Shown here piece by piece: positions 18,752 to 28,392 of a DNA stretch of 64,000 bases (the first letter of the stretch is position 1; the number at the start of each line of letters is the position of its first letter). The stretch spans positions 38,305 through 102,304 of the forward strand of contig CADEDG010000001.1 of NCBI GenBank assembly GCA_902826035.1, written 5' to 3'. Position numbers and translations under genes: made by a program. This DNA comes from an uncultured Alphaproteobacteria bacterium (GTDB taxonomy: Bacteria; Pseudomonadota; Alphaproteobacteria; Caulobacterales; Aquidulcibacteraceae). Under the pieces are notes generated by a model. It was not told the origin of the DNA. It searched no databases and saw only the letters and a program-made list of their open reading frames with translations.

Positions 18752-19918
18752 ATGAGCTGGCGGCGGCGCATAATTATCCTTGGAACGTATGGCGGCGGCA
18801 ACTTTGGCAACGACGCTTGTTTCGAGGCGACGCTCGGGTGGCTGCGCGCCGCCTTCACCAACGCCTCGATTCTAGCCGTTTGCGCCGACCCCATGATCAC
18901 GTCGGAGCGCTTTGGAATTCCGGCGGTCAGTCTCAGAGTGTTTCCGCCGCTGCTGCCGCGTTGGCTCGATACGCTGCTACTGCGCCAGCCCAGCCTTTGG
19001 TTGAATTGGTGGGCATGTTTTGGAGCCCTGAAGCGCTGTGATCTGTTGGTTGTCGCGGGCGCGGGCATTATTCATGATTTCCGCGACCGCCCGTGGGGAT
19101 GGCCCAGCCGCTTCCTCCGTTGGATTCTTGCTGCGCGCCTGCAGGGCGCATCCGTTTGGTTTGCCTGCGTCGGTGCGGGCCCGGTTATCAATCCGGTCAG
19201 CCGATTGATGATGGTTTGGGCGGCGAAGCTCGCGACCAGGCGTTGCTATCGTGACGAAAGCTCTCGCGCCTACATGAGTGCGCGAGGAGTGGACGAAACC
19301 GCGAGCCAGGTTAGCGGCGACATCGCCTTCTTGCTGCCCGCCCCAACACCAAGCGATCACGGCGCCAGACAAATCGTCGTGGGCGTCGGGATCATGAACT
19401 ATCGAGGCTGGCGCACCAACGAAAAAATCTACCGCGCCTACATCGAAAGCATGGCCCATCTCATCGAATGGCTGAAATTCAAGGGACATAAGGTTCGTAT
19501 TCTGATCGGTCAGCGGCCAACCGATCTCATCGCCGTCGGTGATCTTGAAGCGCGCTTGGGCTATGCGTTGATGAGCGACGCAGAGCGTGAGGTCCGCTCC
19601 TATCAGGACATCTTGAATGTGGTCGCCGACACTGACCTGGTCGTAGCTTCGCGTTACCACGTGCAGATTGCGGCCCTCAAAATGGGCCGTCCCGTGCTTT
19701 CGATCAGTTACGGGCCGATGAACGATGACCTGATGCGCGCTGCAGGTCTTGGCGTCTTCATCCATGACATCGAGCACATGGATCATCGCGCGCTCATTTT
19801 ACAGTGCGACCAACTCATCAATATGCGCGTTCACTACGCAAAGGTCGTGCAAACGGAAATCAAGGCATTGGAGGCCGGGCTGCATGAGCGACTACGAGCC
19901 TTCATTTCACCTTCCTAG
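18752..19918 (+). CDS. Polysaccharide pyruvyl transferase family protein
   Basis: GTYGGGNFGND, GVGAGP-like CVGAGP, YRDESS and SRYHVQIAA. Confidence 0.82.
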   Translation: MSWRRRIIILGTYGGGNFGNDACFEATLGWLRAAFTNASILAVCADPMITSERFGIPAVSLRVFPPLLPRWLDTLLLRQPSLWLNWWACFGALKRCDLLVVAGAGIIHDFRDRPWGWPSRFLRWILAARLQGASVWFACVGAGPVINPVSRLMMVWAAKLATRRCYRDESSRAYMSARGVDETASQVSGDIAFLLPAPTPSDHGARQIVVGVGIMNYRGWRTNEKIYRAYIESMAHLIEWLKFKGHKVRILIGQRPTDLIAVGDLEARLGYALMSDAEREVRSYQDILNVVADTDLVVASRYHVQIAALKMGRPVLSISYGPMNDDLMRAAGLGVFIHDIEHMDHRALILQCDQLINMRVHYAKVVQTEIKALEAGLHERLRAFISPS

Positions 19919-20342
19919 CGCGGCCTGGCCGGCGCGCGACCTTGGCCGTGGTTTTCGGGGCGGCGAGATCATCAAGGATCGGACACTCGGGACGATCGTC
20001 GCCGTGGCAGGCATGGACGAGCCGCTTCAGCGTCCGCGACACCGTTCGCATTTCGGCCATGCGCGCCTCGATGTCGGCCAAGTGCTTTTCGGCAAGGCGG
20101 CGCACCTCGCGCGACGATCGGCGCCGGTTGCGCCAGAGCGCCACCAGAGAAGCGACCTCTTCAAGCGAAAAACCCATATCCCGGGTCCGCCGGACGAACT
20201 GGAGCATCGCAACTTCGTGGTCGCCATAGTCACGATAGCCATTGTCGCGGCGGCCGGCCGCTTCAATCAGGCCTATGCTCTCATAATAGCGGATCATCTT
20301 CGCCGATACGCCCGATTGCTCGGCGGCCATACTAATGTTCAT
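19902..20342 (-). CDS. cueR: Cu(I)-responsive MerR-family regulator CueR
   Basis: MNISMAAEQSGVSAKMIRYYE; CHGDDRPECPIL metal loop. Confidence 0.95.
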   Translation of the reverse strand: MNISMAAEQSGVSAKMIRYYESIGLIEAAGRRDNGYRDYGDHEVAMLQFVRRTRDMGFSLEEVASLVALWRNRRRSSREVRRLAEKHLADIEARMAEMRTVSRTLKRLVHACHGDDRPECPILDDLAAPKTTAKVARRPGRARKVK

Positions 20343-20369
20343 TCTGAATTCGCTCGTGAATTAATCCCA

Positions 20370-20400
20370 TTGACCTTCCCATTGTGGGAAGGTGCAGGCT
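20370..20400 (+). promoter_or_regulatory. CueR-type sigma70 promoter with operator
   Basis: -35 TTGACC (20370-20375), 19-bp spacer, -10 CAGGCT. Inverted repeat ACCTTCCCA-TTG-TGGGAAGGT at 20373-20393. Confidence 0.9.
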
Positions 20401-20445
20401 GCTTTTCAAGTCAAACCAGGAGCGCGAGCGCTCGCGTTATCAGCT

Positions 20446-22866
20446 ATGAACACTCACGACCACAGCCACGATCATAAGAGCCAAGCAGCCGCCGGTGGCG
20501 CGCCGCGCGATCCCGTCTGCGGCATGACGCCCAAGCCTGACACGCCGCACAGGCTCATGCACGCAGGCCAAGAGGTGCTGTTCTGCAGTGCTGGCTGCAA
20601 GGCCAAGTTCGAGGCTGATCCCGCGAAATATACCAGGTCCGCCGGCGAGCACGCTTGCTGCGCCAAGCCTGCCGCAGCAGATGAGGCCGGCTCATGCCAT
20701 GCGCACGGCCATGCGCCGCACGGCGCGCCGGCCGTCGATCCGATGACAGTTCCGGCCGGCTCGAAATGGACCTGCCCAATGCACCCCGAAATCGTCCGCG
20801 ATGGGCCGGGCTCATGCCCGATTTGCGGCATGGCGCTTGAGCCGATGATGCCCAGCGCCGACGCCGGACCCAATCCGGAACTGATCGACATGACGCGCCG
20901 CTTCTGGATCGGTGCGGCGCTCGCCTTGCCGGTGCTGGCGCTCGAAATGGGCCGCCACTTCCTTGGTATCGATGGCTTCGTGCCGCCGGCTTGGAACGGT
21001 TGGTTGCAGTTTGCGCTGGCGAGCCCTGTCGTCCTGTGGGGCGGCTGGCCGTTTTTCGAGCGCGGCTGGGCCTCGCTTCAAACCCGCCATCTCAACATGT
21101 TCACTTTGATTGCGCTGGGGACTGGCGTGGCGTGGTTTTACAGCGTCGTCGCGCTCTTTGCGCCGTCGCTCTTTCCGGCGGAGTTCCGAGACGCGCATGG
21201 TCTCGTTGCTGTCTACTTCGAGGCGGCCGCCGTGATCACGGTGCTGGTTCTGTTGGGTCAGGTGCTTGAGCTGCAAGCGCGCGAGCGCACCGGCGGGGCT
21301 ATTCGTGCGTTGCTTGATCTTGCGCCCAAAACGGCGCGGCGTCTGCGCGATGGCGTCGAAGAAGAAGTTCCGCTCGATCAGATCGTCGTGGGCGATCGCC
21401 TGCGCGTGCGTCCGGGTGAGAAAATTCCCGTCGACGCCATGGTGCTCGACGGTCGCTCCTCCATCGATGAATCCATGGTGACGGGCGAATCGATGCCGGT
21501 GACGCGGGAGGGCGGCGAGCGCGTCATCGGCGGGACCCTCAATCAGACAGGCGCATTGGTCATTGAAGCCGATCGCGTCGGCGCCGACACGATGCTCTCG
21601 CGCATCGTCCAGATGGTGGCTGAGGCCCAACGGTCGCGTGCTCCAATTCAGCGGTTGGCGGACAAGGTGTCGGGCTGGTTTGTGCCGGCCGTCATCGTGG
21701 TCGCCGTGATCGCCTTCTTGACCTGGTGGGCGTTTGGCCCATCGCCGGCGTTGTCCTACGGCCTGATCGCGGCGGTCTCGGTGCTGATCATTGCCTGCCC
21801 ATGTGCGCTGGGGCTCGCCACGCCTATGTCGATCATGCAGGGCGTGGGGCGCGGCGCGCGCGCGGGCGTCCTCATCAAGAACGCCGAAGCGTTGGAGCGG
21901 TTCGAGAAGGTTGATACGCTTGTGCTCGACAAGACCGGCACGCTGACCGAAGGCAAGCCGGCGGTGACCGCCATTCACACCGTCGGCGGCGGCGAATTGA
22001 ATGAGATGCTGCGCCTTGCCGCAAGCCTTGAGAATCGCAGCGAACATCCGCTCGGCTTGGCCATTGTAGCAGCAGCGCAAGCGCGTGGCGTTGGGCTTGT
22101 CGAGCCGACAGAATTCGACTCGCCCACTGGCAAGGGCGTCCTCGGCGTCGTTGAGGGGCGCATCATTGTGATCGGTGCGGAACGCTTTCTAGACGAACAG
22201 GGCATCGACGCGTCGGGCTTGAAGAGCGAAGCGGACGCCGCGCGACGCGACGGTGCAACTGCGATCTATGTCGCCATCGACGGTACGCTTTCAGGTCTCT
22301 TTGCGATCGCCGATCCGGTAAAGCCGACGACACTGGCGGCGCTTGAAGCCTTGCGGGCTCAAGGCATGCGGCTCGTCATGTTGACCGGCGACAACCGAAC
22401 CACGGCCGAGGCGGTGGCGCGCGGCCTTGGCATCGATGAGATCGAGGCCGAGGTGTTGCCGGAAGACAAGTCGCGCATTGTCGAGCGCCTTAAACGGGAG
22501 GGGCGCGTGGTGGCGATGGCGGGTGACGGGGTCAACGATGCGCCCGCTCTCGCCGCGGCCGACGTCGGCATCGCTATGGGCGGGGGTACGGATGTGGCGA
22601 TCGAGAGCGCAGGCGTTACGCTGTTGCGCGGCGACCTTGGCGGCATCGTCCGCGCCCGCATCATCTCGCGTGCGGTCATGCGCAACATCCGCCAAAACTT
22701 GTTCTTCGCGTTCGCCTACAACATCGCCGGCATTCCGATCGCCGCGGGCGTTCTCTATCCGATAACCGGGGCGCTGCTTTCGCCGATGATTGCGGCCATG
22801 GCGATGGCGTTGTCGTCCGTATCGGTTATCGCGAACTCTCTGCGCCTGGGCTCTTTGCGGGTCTGA
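20446..22866 (+). CDS. copA: Cu(I)-exporting P1B-1 ATPase with YHS domain
   Basis: DPVCGM..FCSAGC (YHS), WTCPMHP..CPICGM, CPC, DKTGTLT, YN and MALSS. Confidence 0.97.
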   Translation: MNTHDHSHDHKSQAAAGGAPRDPVCGMTPKPDTPHRLMHAGQEVLFCSAGCKAKFEADPAKYTRSAGEHACCAKPAAADEAGSCHAHGHAPHGAPAVDPMTVPAGSKWTCPMHPEIVRDGPGSCPICGMALEPMMPSADAGPNPELIDMTRRFWIGAALALPVLALEMGRHFLGIDGFVPPAWNGWLQFALASPVVLWGGWPFFERGWASLQTRHLNMFTLIALGTGVAWFYSVVALFAPSLFPAEFRDAHGLVAVYFEAAAVITVLVLLGQVLELQARERTGGAIRALLDLAPKTARRLRDGVEEEVPLDQIVVGDRLRVRPGEKIPVDAMVLDGRSSIDESMVTGESMPVTREGGERVIGGTLNQTGALVIEADRVGADTMLSRIVQMVAEAQRSRAPIQRLADKVSGWFVPAVIVVAVIAFLTWWAFGPSPALSYGLIAAVSVLIIACPCALGLATPMSIMQGVGRGARAGVLIKNAEALERFEKVDTLVLDKTGTLTEGKPAVTAIHTVGGGELNEMLRLAASLENRSEHPLGLAIVAAAQARGVGLVEPTEFDSPTGKGVLGVVEGRIIVIGAERFLDEQGIDASGLKSEADAARRDGATAIYVAIDGTLSGLFAIADPVKPTTLAALEALRAQGMRLVMLTGDNRTTAEAVARGLGIDEIEAEVLPEDKSRIVERLKREGRVVAMAGDGVNDAPALAAADVGIAMGGGTDVAIESAGVTLLRGDLGGIVRARIISRAVMRNIRQNLFFAFAYNIAGIPIAAGVLYPITGALLSPMIAAMAMALSSVSVIANSLRLGSLRV

Positions 22867-23025
22867 GGCCGGCTGAGCGGGAAGGGCGGCCCGCGTGGCC
22901 GTCCGTCCCGTCGGACTGAGTGTGGGAGTTGAGCCGCAACGCGCCCTGGCGCCTTGTGTCGCTACGCTCAAGAAAATTGTTCAAGGCGCTGTGGAATGTC
23001 CCCGATCTCTCGAAGCGTATCAATG

Positions 23026-23097
23026 CGAGCGCGCACAATCCGGAGCACGGGGCGTGCGGGAGGGGCCGGGGAAAATGATCCAAACTGGCGCGCTCAC
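23026..23097 (-). ncRNA. Candidate structured RNA, copy A (orphan, ECF promoter-driven)
   Basis: Starts 6 nt after GCGTAT; terminal stem GAGCGCGC/GCGCGCTC; internal GGATC and CCCCTCCC; homologous to 48370-48439 and 54377-54448. Confidence 0.5.
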
Positions 23098-23103
23098 TTA
23101 GAT

Positions 23104-23127
23104 ATACGCGCAGCGACCTCGAACCCC
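23104..23127 (-). promoter_or_regulatory. Putative ECF promoter with no downstream gene
   Basis: Minus strand GGGGTTCGAGGTCGCTGCGCGTAT. Confidence 0.65.
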
Positions 23128-23317
23128 GCACGCCGTGCACTGCGCGAGCTCCGACCATCGCGGCGTGTGCAAGGGTGTCAGGCGCGCTTCGTCATTCTGT
23201 GACGAATAGATTTGCCCTCGCTCGGGCGGGGTAGGCACAAATACTGCTTCAGGAAACGCACCGGACCTTACGTTCAGTTTGTGTGCCAACCATCCCGGAA
23301 ACTCGTTTAGAGGGCGT

Positions 23318-24538
23318 ATGTCGCGCGAGAATTATATCTTCACCAGCGAGAGCGTGTCAGAGGGCCACCCGGATAAGGTGGCCGACCGCATCTCCGACAC
23401 CGTCGTGGACGCGTTCATCGAGGCCGATCCCGAAGCCCGCGTCGCCTGCGAAACCATGGTCACCACTAACCGCATCATCCTCGCCGGTGAAGTGCGGGCC
23501 GGGAAGCCGGGCAATGACAAGGCCGCCAACAAGGCCTTCACTAAGGACATCATCGCGTCGCTGCAGCCGAAGGTCCGCACGGCGGTGAAGGACATCGGCT
23601 ACGAGCAAAAGGGCTTTCACTGGGAGAAGGCGCGCTTCGCCAACTATCTGCATGGCCAGTCGGCGCACATCGCCCAAGGCGTCGATGCGTCGGCGAAGAA
23701 GGATGAAGGCGCCGGCGACCAGGGCATCATGTTCGGCTACGCCTGCGAGGAAACGCCGGAGCTGATGCCGGCGACGCTGCAATACTCGCACAACATTTTG
23801 AAGCGTCTCGCCGAAGTGCGCCACAGCGGCGAACGCCCGGAACTAGAGCCGGACGCGAAAAGCCAAGTCACGCTACGTTACGAAAACGGCAAGCCCGTCG
23901 AGGTCGTCGCCATCGTCGTCAGCCACCAGCACAAGAAAAAACTGGGCGAGAAGAGCTACAGCCAGTCGCGCTTTGCCGAACTCGTAAAGCCGATCGCCGC
24001 TTCGGTTTTCCCTGAGGGGCTCATCACCAAGAAAACCAAGTGGCACATCAACCCAACCGGCAAGTTCGAGATCGGCGGCCCGGATGGCGATAGTGGTTTG
24101 ACCGGCCGCAAGATCATCGTCGACACTTACGGCGGCGCAGCCCCGCACGGCGGCGGCGCATTCTCTGGCAAAGACCCAACGAAGGTGGACCGCTCTGCCG
24201 CTTATGCCTGCCGCTATCTGGCGAAGAACGTTGTCGCCGCCGGCCTTGCACAGCGCTGCACCATTCAGATCAGCTACGCGATCGGCGTCGCTGTGCCGAC
24301 CAGCTTCTACGTCGATCTCCATGGCGCCGACACGATTGATCCCGCGATTCTCGAAGCGAAATTGCCAGAGTTGATCGGCGGCGCGACTCCACGTTCGATC
24401 CGCAACCATCTGAAGCTCAATCGCCCGATCTATGCGCGCACCGCCGCCTACGGCCATTTCGGCCGTCTGCCCGACAATGAAGGCGGCTTCACTTGGGAAA
24501 ACCTGGATCTCGCCGCTGAGTTGCGGCGCCTTCGCTAA
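23318..24538 (+). CDS. metK: S-adenosylmethionine synthetase
   Basis: [32 protein letters not shown] and GGGAFSGKD. Confidence 0.98.
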   Translation: MSRENYIFTSESVSEGHPDKVADRISDTVVDAFIEADPEARVACETMVTTNRIILAGEVRAGKPGNDKAANKAFTKDIIASLQPKVRTAVKDIGYEQKGFHWEKARFANYLHGQSAHIAQGVDASAKKDEGAGDQGIMFGYACEETPELMPATLQYSHNILKRLAEVRHSGERPELEPDAKSQVTLRYENGKPVEVVAIVVSHQHKKKLGEKSYSQSRFAELVKPIAASVFPEGLITKKTKWHINPTGKFEIGGPDGDSGLTGRKIIVDTYGGAAPHGGGAFSGKDPTKVDRSAAYACRYLAKNVVAAGLAQRCTIQISYAIGVAVPTSFYVDLHGADTIDPAILEAKLPELIGGATPRSIRNHLKLNRPIYARTAAYGHFGRLPDNEGGFTWENLDLAAELRRLR

Positions 24539-24666
24539 TCGCTTTTGCTCCTTGCTGCGGGCGTTGGCCGGGCGGAACGCTGCCGCCAACCGGTCCAGCC
24601 GCCCCGCAGCCCTTGGCTTCCGCTCGGTTAGCCGCAAAAGTGTCCTCGGAAGAGGCGATCAATCCC

Positions 24667-25245
24667 ATGGCTGCGGACCCAAGCGACTTGCCAGAAGCTG
24701 ATGTGCGGCGCGCACTTGAAGAGGGGCTCGACAAGATCCGTGCCTACCTCCGCTCCAGGCTGGGCGATCCAAATCATGCCGACGAAGTGCTGCAGGCTTT
24801 TTGCGCCCGGGCCTTGGAACGAGCCAGCGATCTGAAAGAGGGCGGCGCGGCGCGTTCCTGGTTGTCGCGCGTACTGGCGACCGCCATCGCCGATCACTAT
24901 CGCGGCCTCGCCCGGCGACGGGCGCGCGAAGCGCCAGCCGAGGAGCTGAGCTCTCTCGCAGCCGAGACAGAAGCGGACAGCGCTGCTTGCGCGTGTTTGC
25001 TGGCGCTCCTGGATGCTCTTGCCGCAAAGGATGCGGCGCTCATTAGAAACATCGATCTCGAGGGCCGAGATCGGACGAGTGTCGCCGCGAATCTGGGTTT
25101 GACCTTAAATGCGCTGACCGTCCGCTTACACCGCGCGCGGGCGCGGCTAAGAGAGCTGGTGCTGCGACTCTGCGCCGTGTGCGTCATCCACGGCTTTGGC
25201 GAGTGCGAATGTCCGCCGCCCAACCCGGCGAGTGCGGAACACTGA
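24667..25245 (+). CDS. ECF sigma factor with CxC linker and C-terminal Cys-rich domain (CorE/SigZ-like)
   Basis: Sigma2 and sigma4 (LTVRLHRARARL); linker CAC; tail CAVCVIHGFGECEC; no adjacent co-oriented anti-sigma. Confidence 0.85.
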   Translation: MAADPSDLPEADVRRALEEGLDKIRAYLRSRLGDPNHADEVLQAFCARALERASDLKEGGAARSWLSRVLATAIADHYRGLARRRAREAPAEELSSLAAETEADSAACACLLALLDALAAKDAALIRNIDLEGRDRTSVAANLGLTLNALTVRLHRARARLRELVLRLCAVCVIHGFGECECPPPNPASAEH

Positions 25246-25541
25246 TAGGCAAGCGCCAAACGACACCGTTTTTGTCTGTCCCCCTGAGGTCGGCGAAAGG
25301 CCACAAAATGGGCGAGCGGGGGCGCCCAATCGGTCGTGGAGGGGGCTGCCTGTAATAATTGCGCCGCCGCAGCGTCCTTTCCTTCAAAGGGCGCTCCAAG
25401 AATGAACCAGGCTTTCCGGTGAAGATGCAGTCTTACGAAAGCACGGGTGTGGGCCATTCTTCCGCGCCAGCTTCATCGAACCCCATGCGCGTCGATCGCC
25501 ATTCTTGGTTTCCTTCGCATCGCGAAAGCGGCGGCCTCCGC

Positions 25542-25988
25542 TCATTCTTCGTCCACGCCGCGCAACAATTCTTCACGCACGATCATGTCGAACCGCGCCT
25601 GTTGATCGGCATTGAGCACAGCACGCATTTCGAAGACGTGCGCGATAGCGTCTCTTTGGGTTTGGCCCATGGCGTTGTGAAACCGATCAATCGCTTGGCT
25701 GAGGCGCTCACTCTGGGCGTGATCCTCGACCACGGCGGCGGCGATATCCCGCGCGGCCGCGCGCAGCTCGGCGTCAAGGGCCGCTTGGCGCAATGCGTAA
25801 CCGGCTTCGATCGCTTCCAGACGCCGGTCCTGTTCGGGCGTCAGATCAAGTTCGCGATGAACCGCGGCGTCGAGCGTGTCCCGATGGGTGTCGGAACGTG
25901 TGAGAATTGTCCCGACAAACACGCCCCCCAGCCCGGAGCCGAGCCCCACGAGTGCTGCGAGCGCCAGCAGCTTCCAGGTTTTCAACAT
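25542..25988 (-). CDS. Periplasmic heavy-metal sensor, CnrX-like (module 2)
   Basis: AAVHRELDL, FHNAMGQTQ and HVFEMRAVL; paralog of 16689..17126. Confidence 0.88.
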   Translation of the reverse strand: MLKTWKLLALAALVGLGSGLGGVFVGTILTRSDTHRDTLDAAVHRELDLTPEQDRRLEAIEAGYALRQAALDAELRAAARDIAAAVVEDHAQSERLSQAIDRFHNAMGQTQRDAIAHVFEMRAVLNADQQARFDMIVREELLRGVDEE

Positions 25989-25991
25989 GAC

Positions 25992-26237
25992 TTATCGGCC
26001 GAGGGCAGTGGCGGGCGCATAGGGCTGATCGAGCGCAAACGGTCCAACATCGACCGTAGCCGACGCGGCGGCCGTCGATACGCCAACGGCGGAACTGACC
26101 ATCAGGACGAGGGCGCAGACCCCGGCGACCGCGCCGTTGGCGCCAGCGCCGGCGCGGTGTCGCGCGCGCGCGTCAATACGAGCCCAGACATCGCTTTCCA
26201 GTCCGTCCAATGCTGTGTCGATGTCCACCCGGCCCAA
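25992..26237 (-). CDS. Anti-sigma factor, CnrY-like (module 2); start may be GTG 26228
   Basis: LDGLESDVWARI, TM helix, FALDQPYAPATALG; paralog of 17123..17404. Confidence 0.78.
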   Translation of the reverse strand: MGRVDIDTALDGLESDVWARIDARARHRAGAGANGAVAGVCALVLMVSSAVGVSTAAASATVDVGPFALDQPYAPATALGR

Positions 26238-26295
26238 GGCTGCGAGTTGGCGATCAAGGTCGGTCAGGGAAGCCTCCGGGCGATCACGCTCTTCT

Positions 26296-26319
26296 ATACG
26301 CGCGCGGCGAGGCGCGCCC
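26296..26319 (-). promoter_or_regulatory. Putative ECF promoter of the module-2 Y-X operon
   Basis: Minus strand (AG)GGGCGCGCCTCGCCGCGCGCGTAT. Confidence 0.72.
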
Positions 26320-26467
26320 CTGGAACAGCTAGCCCATCGCGCTGCGGCAGATCAAGAATGAGACGCTCAAGACGCACTTGCAGGAGGTTGATCCAAAGCA
26401 AAGCACGGGTTCAGGTTAGGCGCGACCTTGTCATGGGGTCCCGGTTTTGGCGGCCTGCGAGGCGACC

Positions 26468-27103
26468 ATGAAACGCATGACGGCTCAGGCTTTGGTGCAG
26501 TCGGGGCAGGCCCGCTCGCCGCTGCGACGCGTCGCCTTCACCGGCGGGTTCGATGATCTGATTGCAGGCGCCCGGAGCGGCGATCGGGCGGCATTCAGCA
26601 CGCTGATGAGAAGCCACAAAGACGATCTGTTTCGCTTCGTGCGCCGGCGCGTCGCCAACGCCGACGCGGCAAGCGATATCGTTCAAGAAGCCTTCGTGGC
26701 AGCCTGGAGCGCGATGGCAAACTTCGATCCGGAGCGCTCGTTCAAGACCTGGCTGCACGCCATCGCGTTGAACAAGTGCCGTGACGCGGCGCGCCGCGCC
26801 GCGACCCGCCGAGCTTTCTGGGGCGACTGTCCCGACGGCGACGATTTGCGCGTCGCCGATGAGCGGCCATCGCCCGAAGCGGAGACAGTGAGCCGCGATG
26901 AGTTGCGAATGCTGCGCGGGGCGCTGGCGACCTTGCCGGAGCATCTGCGCGAGGCGCTGATGCTGACCGCCGTCGATGGTCTCTCGCAAGCAGCCGCCAG
27001 CGCGACCCTTGGATGCTCGGTCAAATCGCTTGAATATCGCGTCCACCGGGCGCGTGAATTGCTCACAGCCGAGATGGAACGCAGCGCCATGCCGCGCCGC
27101 TAG
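26468..27103 (+). CDS. ECF sigma factor, CnrH-like (module 2)
   Basis: AASDIVQEAF, TWLHAIALNKCRDA and LEYRVHRAR; divergent from its Y-X pair. Confidence 0.88.
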   Translation: MKRMTAQALVQSGQARSPLRRVAFTGGFDDLIAGARSGDRAAFSTLMRSHKDDLFRFVRRRVANADAASDIVQEAFVAAWSAMANFDPERSFKTWLHAIALNKCRDAARRAATRRAFWGDCPDGDDLRVADERPSPEAETVSRDELRMLRGALATLPEHLREALMLTAVDGLSQAAASATLGCSVKSLEYRVHRARELLTAEMERSAMPRR

Positions 27104-27147
27104 CGCCATCTCCGGAGACCTGGATCAATCGCGCGGTTGAGGCAGCC

Positions 27148-28299
27148 TTGACGACGGGTTCCATACTTACGGTCAATTGCGGCTCATCGAGCGTGCGCGT
27201 TGCGTGCTTTGCGCCTCGCTTGGCCTGGCGTGCGCATCTGAGCGGCATTGGCCGCGCCAAAGCGCAACTCACCATCGAACGCGCTGGTGAGAGCAAGACT
27301 ATTGATCAAGCGCCTGCCGGCGATCATCGCCAAGCGCTTGAGGCGCTCTTCAACGCCGCGCCGCCGGCTGCGCCGGTCGCGATTGGCCACCGCGTCGTCC
27401 ATGGCGGCATCGACTTCGTCGCGCCCACGCTGCTTCAGCCTGATGTTGAGGCGAGATTGCTGGAATTGGCCGCCATGGCGCCATTGCACCAAGCGGCCAA
27501 TCTTGCCGGCATCGCGGCGGCGCGTGCGCGCTGGCCGCGCTCTCGCCAGATCGCCTGCTTTGATACCGCCTTCCACGCAAATCTACCCACAGCGGCGGCG
27601 ATGATGGCGCTGCCGCGGGATCTGTTTGCCGCCGGTGTCCGCCGCTTCGGCTTTCATGGATTGTCCATTGCATCGATCCTTGCGGCGTTGCGGCGCGACG
27701 GCGTCGATGTCGGCCGCGAACGCTTGATTGTCGCCCATCTGGGTGCTGGCGCGTCGATCTCGGCCATTCGGAGCGGACGCAGCATTGAGACCTCGATGGG
27801 GTTTTCGACCGTGTCTGGCTTGCCGATGGCGACGCGAAGCGGCGACATCGACCCCGGCGCGGTTATGCACCTGCTGCGCGGAGGTCTGTCCGTAAACCAA
27901 GTTGAGGATTTGCTCCATCGCCGCTCTGGTCTGCTCGGCATATCGGGTGTGAGCGCGGACATGGCTGAATTGCTTGCCTCGACCGAGGCGGGTGCAAGTG
28001 AAGCGGTCGATGTGTTTTGCCAATCGGGCCGACGCTGGCTTGCGGGGCTTGCCGGCGTGCTGGGCGGCGTCGACCGGGTCGTGTTTACTGGAGGAGTTGG
28101 TGAAAATGCGCCGCGCGTACGCGCCAACATATGCGAAGGCCTCGCCTTCATGGGCCTGGCGCTCGACGCGGCGCGCAACGAATCGGGCGCATGCGTGATT
28201 TCCTCCGCTGCCGCAGCCGTGATCGTTGAAGTCCGAAAGAGCGACGAGGAAGGCGAGATCGCCCGCCAGACCCAAGCTCTCCTAACAGGACCTAGTTAG
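27148..28299 (+). CDS. ackA: Acetate/propionate kinase
   Basis: LTVNCGSSS, GHRVVHGG, CFDTAFH, FGFHGLS, HLGAGAS, TRSGDIDP and FTGGVGEN. Confidence 0.93.
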   Translation: MTTGSILTVNCGSSSVRVACFAPRLAWRAHLSGIGRAKAQLTIERAGESKTIDQAPAGDHRQALEALFNAAPPAAPVAIGHRVVHGGIDFVAPTLLQPDVEARLLELAAMAPLHQAANLAGIAAARARWPRSRQIACFDTAFHANLPTAAAMMALPRDLFAAGVRRFGFHGLSIASILAALRRDGVDVGRERLIVAHLGAGASISAIRSGRSIETSMGFSTVSGLPMATRSGDIDPGAVMHLLRGGLSVNQVEDLLHRRSGLLGISGVSADMAELLASTEAGASEAVDVFCQSGRRWLAGLAGVLGGVDRVVFTGGVGENAPRVRANICEGLAFMGLALDAARNESGACVISSAAAAVIVEVRKSDEEGEIARQTQALLTGPS

Positions 28300-28315
28300 G
28301 CTGAGGCCTCTGTCA

Positions 28316-28339
28316 GGGCGTGGACCCTGGCGTGCGTAT
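28316..28339 (+). promoter_or_regulatory. Putative ECF promoter of the phosphoketolase operon
   Basis: (A)GGGCGTGGACCCTGGCGTGCGTAT. Confidence 0.75.
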
Positions 28340-28392
28340 AGATTGAAGGCGGAACTGAAGGGCGTGCGCCGGCCCCAATCCGGATTATTGTC

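Noticed and set aside
22867-23317. SAM riboswitch or SahR box upstream of metK
   Set aside because: I could not recognise the consensus. An Rfam scan would be needed.
25461-25484. Degenerate motif GGGGTT..GCGGAA before ORF 24897..25457
   Set aside because: The -10 mismatches, the ATG is only 2 nt away, and the ORF overlaps the ECF sigma gene antisense.
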